Source of the DNA: Candidatus Eiseniibacteriota bacterium
Lineage (GTDB): Bacteria > Eisenbacteria > RBG-16-71-46
NCBI GenBank assembly: GCA_963776245.1
Contig: CAVZLN010000003.1
Coordinates: forward strand, 1,120,001-1,184,000
Direction: 5' to 3'
Length of the DNA: 64,000 bases
A program made the translations under genes and the position numbers. The notes under the pieces are model-generated. The model was not told the DNA's origin. It was given only the letters and a program-made list of their open reading frames with translations, and searched no databases. Below, one piece after another: positions 23,934 to 33,002 of the stretch (positions are counted from its first letter, which is position 1; the number at the start of each line of letters is the position of its first letter).

Positions 23934-24118
23934 GAGCTCCGCGTGAAAGCGTCACGAGCCGCCCGCGGGGGCGTGCGCCCTCCGCGGGGCCGCGTTCTCT
24001 CCCCGGTCGTTCGCCGCTCCCGACCCGGGATCCGCGACCTGGGCCGCCCGCGGTCCGGTTCCGCGGACCAGTCAGGGCAGGAACGCCGCACAATCTTGGT
24101 CCCTGGTCCAGTTCTTCG

Positions 24119-24148
24119 TTGACCTTGCGAGGAGGCGGGCCGGATACT
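24119..24148 (+). promoter_or_regulatory. sigma70-like promoter upstream of the small secreted protein
   Basis: TTGACC-N18-GATACT. Confidence 0.4.
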
Positions 24149-24266
24149 CTCCCCAGCGAAGAGTTGGGTCCCCTCAAGTCCTTTTCGAGCCTCAAAGAGA
24201 TTTCCTCCGGTCTCTCGGGTTGTTCGTTCCACACCATCGCCAGTGTCATGGCGGGAGCGGCAGCAC

Positions 24267-24593
24267 ATGACGAGATTCCGCAACAGGCTCCTGATCACGC
24301 TGGCCCTGTTCGCCGTGGCTTCGGTCGCGGTGGTCGCGACGGCTTCCGCCGTGGAGCGCTGGTCCGATGGGACCGGTGCGCCGACAGGGACCATCGGTGA
24401 CTACCAGAGGCCAGGGGTCGGACCCTGCTCCGGCGAACCCGACATCGGAGCCTCTCCGGGCACTGCACCGCAGAAGCAGGTGGGCACGAAGTCCGCTTCG
24501 CCTCCTCTGATGGAGCAGCTCCGAAGAGGGCATGATCTGATGCGGCGGGCCGGTCGGATCTGGGCGCCGTGGTTCCCGGTCTACTGGCGCTGA
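24267..24593 (+). CDS. small secreted protein, 108 aa (putative signalling pro-peptide)
   Basis: GGGAG before ATG; Sec signal MTRFRNRLLITLALFAVASVAVVATASA; Gly/Pro-rich middle with SGEPD; aromatic tail IWAPWFPVYWR. Confidence 0.7.
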   Translation: MTRFRNRLLITLALFAVASVAVVATASAVERWSDGTGAPTGTIGDYQRPGVGPCSGEPDIGASPGTAPQKQVGTKSASPPLMEQLRRGHDLMRRAGRIWAPWFPVYWR

Positions 24594-24676
24594 CGGCGCA
24601 TCCTGCGCCCAGCACCCGAGGTCGGGACAGGTAGAGCGTAGGCGACCCGAGCGCGAACCGTCGGACGCCGGGCCGG

Positions 24677-27600
24677 ATGTCAACGGACGAGGGTCCAACA
24701 GTGCAGCGAGCGATCCCCCCCGATCAGTCGCATGCGCATGCCTCCGCGCAGCAGGATGCGCTGCAGCATGAGGCGATCGGAGATCTGCATCTGGCCGCCG
24801 ACAACTTTCCCGGCGCGGTCGAAGCCTACTCCGCCGCGCTGAAGGAAGTCGGGCCGCATGCGCCGGCCGAGCGCTGCCGGCTGCTGGAGCGGCTCGCGAT
24901 GGCGCACGACCGCCGCGGCGAGTACGACTCCGCCCTGGCCTTGCTCCGCGAGGCCCGCCAGACCGCCCGACTCCTGCAGGATCCCCATCTGAACGCCCGC
25001 ATCGCGGCGCGGCTTTCCCACTCCCTGCTCGAGCAGGGGCGCTATCGCTCCTCCCGCCGGTACGGCAGGTACGCCTTCACGGTGTTGCGCGACACCGATG
25101 ACCACCGCACGGTCGGCCTCGTGAGCGTGACGCTCGGACTGTGCTGCGCCCGCAGCGGGCGGCCTGCCGAGGCCATCGAGTGGTTGCAGAGCGCGGTCGC
25201 GACCTTCCGGCGCATCGGTGACACCGATGGGCTGGTCGCGGCGCTCAACAACCTCGGCCTGGTGCACAAGAACCTGCGCGAGTGGCGCGAGGCGACGCGG
25301 TTCCTCGAGGAGGCGCTGCGCCTCGATGAGCGGGCCGGGCTCTACGCCCGCATGCTCGGCCACAGCCAGAATCTCGGCCTCATCCGCTATCGCCTCGGGC
25401 AGTGGGACCTCGCGGAGGAGAACTTCCACCAGGCGCAGCGCATCGCGGTGCAGATCGGGCATCGGCAGTCCGAAGCCGCCACTCTGCTGGCGATCGGCAT
25501 GCTCGCCCGCCGCCGGCGCCAGTTCGAACGCGCCGAGGAGCACTTCCGGCGCGCCGACGCGCTCGCGTCACAGTCCGGCGCGCAGCGCGAGCGGTTGCTG
25601 GCCCAGGAGTACCTCGGCGAACTCGAACTCGACCGGGGCAATGCGACCGCGGCGATCGCGTTCTTCGAGCCGGCCCTCGAGGATGCACGCAGCCGCGCCC
25701 CGGTGGGCGACATGACCGCCGAACTGGAGACGCGTTACGGTCTCGCGCTGATCGAGGTCGGACGGCCCGACGACGCACAGAGCCACCTGCTGCGCGGGCT
25801 GGCCCTGGCCGAGCAGATCGGCGACCGCATCGAAGCGGCGATCGCCGAGCGCGGGCTGGGCCGGCTCGAGGGGACCCGCGGCAATGCCGCGACCCTCGAG
25901 GCGCACATGCGCGCGGCCGCCCAGGCGTTCGAGAACCTCAATGAGGTGTTCGAGCTCGCGGCCACGCTGGCGGCCTGGGGTGAAGGCCTGCTGCTGCTCC
26001 CGGCCAGCGCCCGACTGCGGGTGCCGCTCGAGCCGGTCGCCGAAGCCGCTCGCCGCGCGGCCACGCTCTACCGCCAACTCGGGCTCATCGCACCAGCGGC
26101 CGAGGCCATGCTCACTCTGGCGCGCCTCGAGTCCGAGCGCGAACATTACGACCAGGCGCTCTCGCTCCTCGAGCTGGCCGAGCAATGGCTGGCCGAGGGC
26201 GGTGACGCCGAGGCCGAGGATCGAGCGGGGGCGCTGCGACGCGAGCTCGAGCGCCAGTACGTCGCGGTGTCCCTGTCCACCTGCAACGAGTTCCGGGCGC
26301 TCGAGGATGCCAACCGGCTGTTCCGCGAGACCGCGGACATGGACGGCGTGCTCGCGCAGACGGTCAAGCTGGCGGTCGAGAACGCGGGCGGCGACCGCGG
26401 GTTCGTGGCGTTCAGCGCCGGAGGCGGGCGGCTCGACATCGTGGCCCAGCATGGCCTCGGACGCGAACGCGCGCGCCGCATCCTGCGTGTCATCGAGCGA
26501 GTCGTCGGCAGCCGCATCGCCGAGAGCGGGCCGCTGTTCTCGAGCCGTGTCGCCGCCGATCCGCGCTTCGCGGTGGCCCTGGTCGACGCCCTCGAGGGCG
26601 TCGGCTCGCTCGTGTGCGTCCCGCTCAATTTCCCCTCCCAGTCGGTCGGGCTGGTCTACGTGGACCGGCTCAACGACAACCTGCTGGGCGCGTTCAAGCA
26701 GCGCGAGCTGAACCTGCTCGCGGTGCTCGTCAACAGCTCTGCGGTCGCCATCGTGGAGGCCCAGCGGTCGCTGCTGCTCGAAGAGAACCGCCAGCTCCGC
26801 GACCAGCTCAAGCCCAGCCCGGGCTCGGAGCGCGTGGTCACGCAGTCGCGCGAGATGGCGAGCATCATGACGCTGCTCGCGAAGGTCGGGGACTCGCCGG
26901 CCACCGTCCTGTTCATGGGCGAGACCGGCACCGGGAAGGGCCTGCTCGCGCAGGTCGTCCACGAGATGTCGAACCGGCGCGACCACGCGTTCGTGCAGGT
27001 GAACTGCGCGGCGCTGCCCGAAGCGCTGCTCGAGAGCGAGCTGTTCGGCTACGTCCACGGCGCCTTCACCGGCGCGCTGCGGGACAAGACCGGGCTCTTC
27101 GAGGAGGCCGAGGGCGGCACGATCTTCCTCGACGAGATCGAGAAGATCCCCGAGTCGGTGCAGGCCAAGCTGCTCCACGTGCTCGACCGCAGCGAGATCC
27201 GGCCGGTCGGCGCCACGCGCGGCAAGCGTGTCGATGCGCGCGTCATCTGCGCCACCGGCGTGGACCTGCGCGAACGCATCCGCGAAGGGCGGTTCCTCGA
27301 GGACCTCTACTACCGCCTCAACGACATCACCGTGCGGGTGCCGGCGCTGCGCGAGCGGCGCGAGGACGTGCCCATGCTGGCCCAGCACTTCCTGGCGCAG
27401 TACGCGCGCCAGATGGACAAGACGCTGCGCGGCTTCTCGCCCGAAGTGGTCCGGACATTCCTCGACCACGAGTGGCGCGGCAACGTGCGGGAACTCGAGA
27501 AGACGGTGAAGCGCATGGTCGTGCTGGCCGACGAGGGTGACACCCTCGGGCTCGACCTGCTGCCCCCCGAGATGCGCGAGCGGGCGACCGCGGACCAGCC

Positions 27601-27796
27601 CGCCGAGTCCCCTGGGAACGGCTCCCCCACGCTGCGGTCCAGCGTCTCGCAGCTCGAACGGCGTCTGATCGCCGAGTCCCTCGAGCGCCACCGCTGGAAC
27701 CGGGCGAAGGTGGCGCGCGAGCTGGGCCTGTCCTACCCGACGCTCCTCATGCGCATCCGCACGATGCGGATCGAGCGCAGGCGCGCTTCACAGTAA
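24677..27796 (+). CDS. TPR-GAF sigma54-interacting transcriptional activator
   Basis: about 530 aa of TPR-like repeats (e.g. LNNLGLVHKNL), GAF-like region, GETGTGKG, GAFTGA, FLDEI, WRGNVREL, C-terminal HTH; no receiver domain. Confidence 0.93.
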   Translation: MSTDEGPTVQRAIPPDQSHAHASAQQDALQHEAIGDLHLAADNFPGAVEAYSAALKEVGPHAPAERCRLLERLAMAHDRRGEYDSALALLREARQTARLLQDPHLNARIAARLSHSLLEQGRYRSSRRYGRYAFTVLRDTDDHRTVGLVSVTLGLCCARSGRPAEAIEWLQSAVATFRRIGDTDGLVAALNNLGLVHKNLREWREATRFLEEALRLDERAGLYARMLGHSQNLGLIRYRLGQWDLAEENFHQAQRIAVQIGHRQSEAATLLAIGMLARRRRQFERAEEHFRRADALASQSGAQRERLLAQEYLGELELDRGNATAAIAFFEPALEDARSRAPVGDMTAELETRYGLALIEVGRPDDAQSHLLRGLALAEQIGDRIEAAIAERGLGRLEGTRGNAATLEAHMRAAAQAFENLNEVFELAATLAAWGEGLLLLPASARLRVPLEPVAEAARRAATLYRQLGLIAPAAEAMLTLARLESEREHYDQALSLLELAEQWLAEGGDAEAEDRAGALRRELERQYVAVSLSTCNEFRALEDANRLFRETADMDGVLAQTVKLAVENAGGDRGFVAFSAGGGRLDIVAQHGLGRERARRILRVIERVVGSRIAESGPLFSSRVAADPRFAVALVDALEGVGSLVCVPLNFPSQSVGLVYVDRLNDNLLGAFKQRELNLLAVLVNSSAVAIVEAQRSLLLEENRQLRDQLKPSPGSERVVTQSREMASIMTLLAKVGDSPATVLFMGETGTGKGLLAQVVHEMSNRRDHAFVQVNCAALPEALLESELFGYVHGAFTGALRDKTGLFEEAEGGTIFLDEIEKIPESVQAKLLHVLDRSEIRPVGATRGKRVDARVICATGVDLRERIREGRFLEDLYYRLNDITVRVPALRERREDVPMLAQHFLAQYARQMDKTLRGFSPEVVRTFLDHEWRGNVRELEKTVKRMVVLADEGDTLGLDLLPPEMRERATADQPAESPGNGSPTLRSSVSQLERRLIAESLERHRWNRAKVARELGLSYPTLLMRIRTMRIERRRASQ

Positions 27797-28005
27797 GAAC
27801 GCCTCACACACCCCTCTAAAACTTCCTTCCACCTGCACTCGTTATTTCCCATGTGGTTACGCATGGGGTCTCCGAATCACTACATTCCATTGCGAGCGCT
27901 TGTCATCCTCGGGGCGGAGTGGCGCCTGTCACTCGTTGTGCTGCGCTCGTACGAGCGCGTTACCCCGCAATGTCTTGGAAGATAATCCAGCGATACGCAC
28001 TCAGG

Positions 28006-28021
28006 TGGCATGCGGGGTGCA
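28006..28021 (+). promoter_or_regulatory. sigma54 -24/-12 promoter
   Basis: TGGCATGCGGGGTGCA (GG-N10-GC), about 210 bp after the activator gene. Confidence 0.65.
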
Positions 28022-28031
28022 GTGTCGTATC

Positions 28032-28374
28032 GATCGGAGGGGGGGGACCTCCAACCTAGCAACCGGCGGCTTCGGCCGCCGGAGCAGAATCTGGGCTAGC
28101 CGGTGCAGTAGGGGGTCCGGTCGAGGGTACGAGCCCCAGTCACACGACAGCGCACCGTCCCCTACGACCGGCTAGCTTGGAGTAGCAGCTTCACCGACTC
28201 GAGCTCCACAGGTCGGCGGCGATCGATCGCACCAGGGCTGGTGGACGCCGTCGGCTTTCTGTATCCAGCCACCTGAGCAAGCTTCTCGGGACACCGGACT
28301 CGCTCGCGACGGACCCTCGCATCGGGGGATGGGAGGCGTTCCGACGCGGTGCTGGAGGCCGGTGTCCCCCTTTT
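28032..28374 (+). ncRNA. putative structured non-coding RNA of about 340 nt, family not recognised
   Basis: consecutive helices including a C(UUCG)G hairpin and two perfect 10-bp long-range stems; begins at the expected sigma54 +1 and ends in stem plus CCTTTT; no credible ORF. Confidence 0.6.
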
Positions 28375-28574
28375 GGGCCGGAAGGCCACCAAGGTGGCAG
28401 AGCCCCCGACCCCCTGCCTCGTGATGCTCCGGGCCGTGGATGTGGCAGGGCTCGCACAGGTGCGACAGATCAGCACGGCCGCGCCGCCCGGGCGCGCCCC
28501 GAGTGGCCCTCCCGAACCCTTGATCGCCAATGCCTTGCGCCCGCGCAGCCACTGCGGGACCCTCCCTTCGCGGC

Positions 28575-28590
28575 TGGCACATCGCTTGCG
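28575..28590 (+). promoter_or_regulatory. sigma54 -24/-12 promoter (consensus match)
   Basis: TGGCAC-ATCGC-TTGC upstream of ATG 28644. Confidence 0.8.
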
Positions 28591-28643
28591 CTGGATACCT
28601 TGTCGATCCATCGCCGATCCACCGCTCGAAATGGAGGATCCTC

Positions 28644-29525
28644 ATGAGGCTCGTGCTTCCCCTGATCGCGCTGGCCTTTCTGCTCGCCGGCTGTGATGAG
28701 ACCACCGCGCCACGCGACCTGCGCCCTCCGGCGGCGCCGCGCGGCTTCCAGAGCATCACCGGCGACCACGAGGTGCTCCTCGATTGGCTTCCCAACACCG
28801 AGGCCGACCTGGCGGGCTACCGCGTGTACATCGCGGATTGCGCTTCGGGCACCAGTTGTCCGTACACCCTCGTCGGCACCACCGCGCGCACGACCTTCGT
28901 GGTGGGCAACCTCGCGAACGGCGTCACGAAGTACTTCGCGATCGCGGCCTTCGATCACTCGGGGAACGAGAGCGCCCTGACCTACGCAGACGTCTTCGAC
29001 ACGCCGCGCCCGGCGGGCTCGCTCGGGCTCCTGAGCGAGCAGGTCAATCCCGCGCGCAGCGGCTGGGACCTGTCGGCGTTCGCAGTGGTGCCCGCGAGCA
29101 GCCCCAACGTGGACCTCATCTTCAGCGACGACAGTACGACCTACGAGATGTACGCGCCCTACACCGACACCGACATCCAGGACGCGGGCTTCGCGACATC
29201 CCTGGACGCGGTGGACTTCGCGCCCACCGGCGGCTGGTCGCTCACGGGCGCGGTGGAGTTGGTGCCGGGGCACTGCTACGTGGTCTGGACGCGCGACGAC
29301 CACTACGCCAAGTTCCGTGTCACCGGACTGAGCACGGGCCAGTTGTCGCTCGACTGGGCCTACCAGACCGCCACCGGGAATCGCGAGCTGAAGGCCAAGC
29401 GTCCACCGGCCGACGGAGACCGGGTGAGACGCGACCGCCGGTGGCGGCCCGGTGACGGCGCGCGGCCGGCGCCGCACCCCGTGGGGCGCCGACCGCGCAT
29501 TGCTGATATCATGGGACCGGCTTAG
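28644..29525 (+). CDS. lipoprotein with fibronectin type III-like domain
   Basis: GGAGG RBS, lipobox LLAGC, PPAAPRG...LDW...DLAGYRVY...YFAIAAFDHSGNES. Confidence 0.8.
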   Translation: MRLVLPLIALAFLLAGCDETTAPRDLRPPAAPRGFQSITGDHEVLLDWLPNTEADLAGYRVYIADCASGTSCPYTLVGTTARTTFVVGNLANGVTKYFAIAAFDHSGNESALTYADVFDTPRPAGSLGLLSEQVNPARSGWDLSAFAVVPASSPNVDLIFSDDSTTYEMYAPYTDTDIQDAGFATSLDAVDFAPTGGWSLTGAVELVPGHCYVVWTRDDHYAKFRVTGLSTGQLSLDWAYQTATGNRELKAKRPPADGDRVRRDRRWRPGDGARPAPHPVGRRPRIADIMGPA

Positions 29526-29702
29526 GCAGGGTGACCGAGGCCGGCAGCGGGGCCAGAAGGGCGTCGCGCAGCCCGCATCGCTGCCCGACGCTCCCCATCG
29601 GAACGCTTGTGGAGCACACCAGGGCATCGCGGGGTAGGACCGATCGCCGCGCCGGTCGCGGCACCTGACCATCCCGCCCCTGCCCGGGGAAGGAGTCCGG
29701 CC

Positions 29703-31166
29703 ATGTTGCGCAACACGTTCATCGCCGCGGCGATCGCCGCGGGCCTCGTTCTCGTACCGGGCGCATCCCAGGCGCGGGTCGGCGTCGAGGTCTGGACCGA
29801 CCGCGGCCAGGACGCGGTCTACAAGCCCGGCGACCTCATGCAGGTCAAGGTGCGCCCGAGCACCGACGCCTACCTGCTCGTCTACGAGATCGACACCGAG
29901 GGGTATGTCCACGTGCTCTTCCCCGAGCGAGGCCAGAGCGGCTTCGTGGAGGGCCGCCGCACGCTCCGTCTGCCCGACGAGGAATCCGCCGTCGAGTTGG
30001 TGGTCGAGAAGAGCACCGGAGAGGCCTACATCGTGGCCGTCGCGTCCGAGCGGCCCTTTGCCGAGATGCCGTGGTACCTGCGTCCATACGATGCCCGCAG
30101 CGAGGGAGTGGAGTACGAGGGGCAGCCCGGCGAGGAGGACGGTGTCACGGGTGAAGGCCGCATCGTGGGCGATCCTTTCGTCGCGATGGAGCGCATCCGC
30201 CGCAAGGTGCTCGACTCGCCCGAGGATCCCGAGAGCTTCGGCTCCGCGTACACCTCGTATTACGTGCACGAGCGCGTCCGCTACCCGCGCTATCTGTGCT
30301 ACGACTGTCATCGGCCCAACCGCTGGGCGTGGTGGGATGGCTTCGATCCCTACTACACGACCTGCAGCGTGGTGGACTTCCGCATCAACTGGGGCTGGTC
30401 GTGGGGGCCCACGTACTGGTTCGGCCACACCCCCTACTTCTGCTACGTGGTGCGCCCGGACTGCGACCCGCGCTGGCGCCGTCACTGGGATGGCCCCTGG
30501 TACTCGTCGTGGGACGGCCACCGCCGGTGGGACACCATGTGGGGCGGGCCGCTGGTGCGGTACAAGACGCCGCCCCCGCCGGGCTACGTCCCGCCGAACA
30601 AGTACAACGACCCCGATCGCTGGCGCGGTCGCGATGCCGTTCCGCTGCCTCCCGGCTTCCTGGCCAACAGCGGCGCGCGCGAGCGCTACCGCCCGATGGT
30701 CCCGATCGGCCGTAACCGGCAGCCGAACGAGCCCGACCTGCAGCCGTCGCAGGACGCGCGCACCCCGCGCGTCGGCACCACCGGGCGGCCCGGGGTCGAC
30801 CGGATGCCGGGCCGCGAGGTGCGCCCCGGCGAGGACCCGGGCACCATCGACCGCCCGGGCCGCGGGGAGCGGCCACAGCCATCGGGCACGCCTCGTGACG
30901 ACGGCGCGGCGCGCCGCGAGCGCGGCTCCGAGCGTCCTTCGCCGGCCTATCAGCCGCGCGAGTCGCGCCCGGCCCCGGAGTCCGCGCCGCCCCGCTCGGA
31001 GCGCGCGCCGAAACCGCGTGACGAGAAGCGCGCCGAGAAGCCGTCCAAGCCGCCGCCGCCACCGCCGGCGCCCGCGCCATCGCGCGGCGAGGGTTCGCGG
31101 GGTGATGGGTCGCGCGGTGACGGATCGCGCGGTGACGGCCCACGCGAACGGCGCGGAGGGCGCTGA
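29703..31166 (+). CDS. secreted DUF4384-like protein with Trp/Tyr/Cys-rich middle and disordered Arg/Gly/Pro tail
   Basis: AGGAG RBS, signal peptide, YKPGD...DAYLLVYEIDTEGYVHVLFP pattern. Confidence 0.7.
   Translation: MLRNTFIAAAIAAGLVLVPGASQARVGVEVWTDRGQDAVYKPGDLMQVKVRPSTDAYLLVYEIDTEGYVHVLFPERGQSGFVEGRRTLRLPDEESAVELVVEKSTGEAYIVAVASERPFAEMPWYLRPYDARSEGVEYEGQPGEEDGVTGEGRIVGDPFVAMERIRRKVLDSPEDPESFGSAYTSYYVHERVRYPRYLCYDCHRPNRWAWWDGFDPYYTTCSVVDFRINWGWSWGPTYWFGHTPYFCYVVRPDCDPRWRRHWDGPWYSSWDGHRRWDTMWGGPLVRYKTPPPPGYVPPNKYNDPDRWRGRDAVPLPPGFLANSGARERYRPMVPIGRNRQPNEPDLQPSQDARTPRVGTTGRPGVDRMPGREVRPGEDPGTIDRPGRGERPQPSGTPRDDGAARRERGSERPSPAYQPRESRPAPESAPPRSERAPKPRDEKRAEKPSKPPPPPPAPAPSRGEGSRGDGSRGDGSRGDGPRERRGGR
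31081..31142 (+). repeat. degenerate 15-bp coding tandem repeat (four RG[DE]G[SP] units)
   Basis: CGCGCGGTGACGGAT-like units encoding RGEGSRGDGSRGDGSRGDGP. Confidence 0.7.
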
Positions 31167-31254
31167 CACCCTCCATCGGGTGAGAGCGCAGGTCATCGAT
31201 TCGAGGGGCGGGGCCCGCATCGCGAGCCCCGCCGCTCATGTCCGGAGATCCGGT

Positions 31255-32172
31255 ATGCGTGCGGCGGTTCGGCTGTTTCCCACGATGCTCGTCGCGATCC
31301 TGGCCACCCCGGCCCTGGCGGGGCCGCCGGGGTTCGCGTTCCTGAACGTGCCGGCGGGCGCGCGCGGGGCCTCGCTCGGGGGCGCGTACGCCTCGGTCGC
31401 CACGGGTGCCGAGGCCGCGTTCTGGAACCCGGCGGGTCTCGAGAGCGTGACCGGCATGCAGGTGAGCGGCACCCACATCGAGTTCCTCTCGCACCTTCGC
31501 CACGAGCAGTTCGTGCTCGCCGGCCGCGCCTTCGGCGGCGGGCTGGCGGCCTCGGTGCGCGCGATGTATTCCGAGGCGATCGACCAGCGCGACGACCTGG
31601 GAAACCTGACCGGCTCGTTCGGCTCGCACGACCTGGAGTTCCGGCTGGCCTATGGCCGCCGCGCCCGCGCCGGTCTGTCCCTCGGTGGCTCGGCGCAGGT
31701 GGTGCGCGAGCGTCTCGAGCTGGAAAGTGCCACCACCTATGCGTTCGGGCTGGGCAGCGCGTTCGAGCCCGCCCGGTGGCCCGGGCTGCGGTTGGCGGTG
31801 ACGGCCGACCATCTGGGCCCGGCGGCACGCTTCTCGATCTCGGATTCGCGCGGCGAACCGGTGTCGTTGCCCGCCGCCCTGCAGGCCGGGCTGACGTATG
31901 GACACGGCGTGGGCTCGGGGCTCGTGCTCCGCGGGGTCCTCGAGTCGCGCCTGGCGAGCGGGCGCAACGGCGTCGGGATGCTGGGCGCCGAGGTCGTGCA
32001 GGCCGCTTCGGGCGTGTCATTGCGCGCGGGCGCGCGCCTGAACGACGACGAGTCCACGATGGCGTTCGGCGTGGGCTGCGCGCGACAGTCGCTGCGCGTG
32101 GACTACGCGTTCGTGCCGTTCCGCGACCAGCTCGGCGACACCCATCGATTCTCGCTCGGCGCGCAGTTCTGA
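31255..32172 (+). CDS. PorV/PorQ (UPF0164)-like outer-membrane protein
   Basis: FLNVPAGARGASLGGA...AAFWNPAGL N-terminus; DYAF...THRFSLGAQF C-terminus. Confidence 0.85.
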   Translation: MRAAVRLFPTMLVAILATPALAGPPGFAFLNVPAGARGASLGGAYASVATGAEAAFWNPAGLESVTGMQVSGTHIEFLSHLRHEQFVLAGRAFGGGLAASVRAMYSEAIDQRDDLGNLTGSFGSHDLEFRLAYGRRARAGLSLGGSAQVVRERLELESATTYAFGLGSAFEPARWPGLRLAVTADHLGPAARFSISDSRGEPVSLPAALQAGLTYGHGVGSGLVLRGVLESRLASGRNGVGMLGAEVVQAASGVSLRAGARLNDDESTMAFGVGCARQSLRVDYAFVPFRDQLGDTHRFSLGAQF

Positions 32173-32267
32173 AGCGCCAGCGCCCGCGGCGCGGACCCGC
32201 GACCGGGCACGGGGTCGCGATGCGGGACGTCCGTGGACGCCCTCCGATCGCGGGGCGCGGCCCGAGG

Positions 32268-33002
32268 TCAGCGGCGGGTGAATTCCTCCAGCCGGATGAC
32301 ACCGTCCTCGAGGACCGCGTAGGTGGAGCGCTCCATCCAGTCACCCAGCACGAAGAACTCGCGCCCGCTCTCGCGGCGCTCGAAGGCGTGATGGAAGTGC
32401 CCCACCATCACCGCGTCGAAGCCTTCGCGGAAGCGCGGCTCGGCGATCTCGCGCCACAGCCGATCGCTCTCGAGCGGCCGGTCGCCGCGCGCGTGGCGCG
32501 ACCAGCCCGAGACCCGATGCGCGAGCGGGATGCCGAGATCGGGGTGGAGCCACTGGTACATGCGGATGCAGGCGCGGCTCCGCAGCACCCCGCGCAGCAT
32601 CTTGTAGCCGAGGTCGCCGCCCGCCAGCCCGTCGCCGTGGTGGAGCCAGATCCGTCGCCCCTCGCGCTCGACCGCGAGCCCGCCCTGCACCGTGCGCACG
32701 CCGATGGTCTCGGCGAGGAAGCGGCCGAGCCAGAAGTCGTGATTGCCGTTGAGGTAGGTGATGGCCACGCCGGCGTCGTGCAACCTTTGGAGCGCGGCGA
32801 GCGTCGGAAAGTGGCGCCGTGGGATCGCGGTGCGATATTCGAACCAGAAGTCGAACAGGTCGCCGACCACGAACAGATCCGAGGCGCGGCCCGGCAGGGA
32901 ATCGAGGAAGGCGTGGAGGTGCTTCAGGCGCGGCGCCTCGCGCTCCACCGGCTCCGCCCCGAGGTGGGCGTCGGAGAGGAAATACGCGGCCGGGGAGGAC
33001 AT
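32268..33002 (-). CDS. lpxH: UDP-2,3-diacylglucosamine diphosphatase
   Basis: SDAHLG, GDLFDFW, GNHD, HHGD, GHFH, LGDW. Confidence 0.9.
   Translation of the reverse strand: MSSPAAYFLSDAHLGAEPVEREAPRLKHLHAFLDSLPGRASDLFVVGDLFDFWFEYRTAIPRRHFPTLAALQRLHDAGVAITYLNGNHDFWLGRFLAETIGVRTVQGGLAVEREGRRIWLHHGDGLAGGDLGYKMLRGVLRSRACIRMYQWLHPDLGIPLAHRVSGWSRHARGDRPLESDRLWREIAEPRFREGFDAVMVGHFHHAFERRESGREFFVLGDWMERSTYAVLEDGVIRLEEFTRR

Noticed and set aside
28032..28374. RNase P, tmRNA, SRP or 6S identity for the structured region
   Set aside because: No GAGGAAAGTCC, no tRNA-like ends, no SRP domain IV motif and not a single long 6S-like rod.
27853..28798. Short ORFs called across the 27.8-28.6 kb spacer
   Set aside because: No clear RBS or recognisable motifs; the promoter and RNA-structure reading explains the sequence better.
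31081..31142. RGD repeats as integrin-binding motifs or a CRISPR-like array
   Set aside because: Low-complexity coding repeat in a disordered tail; no spacers and no cas genes.
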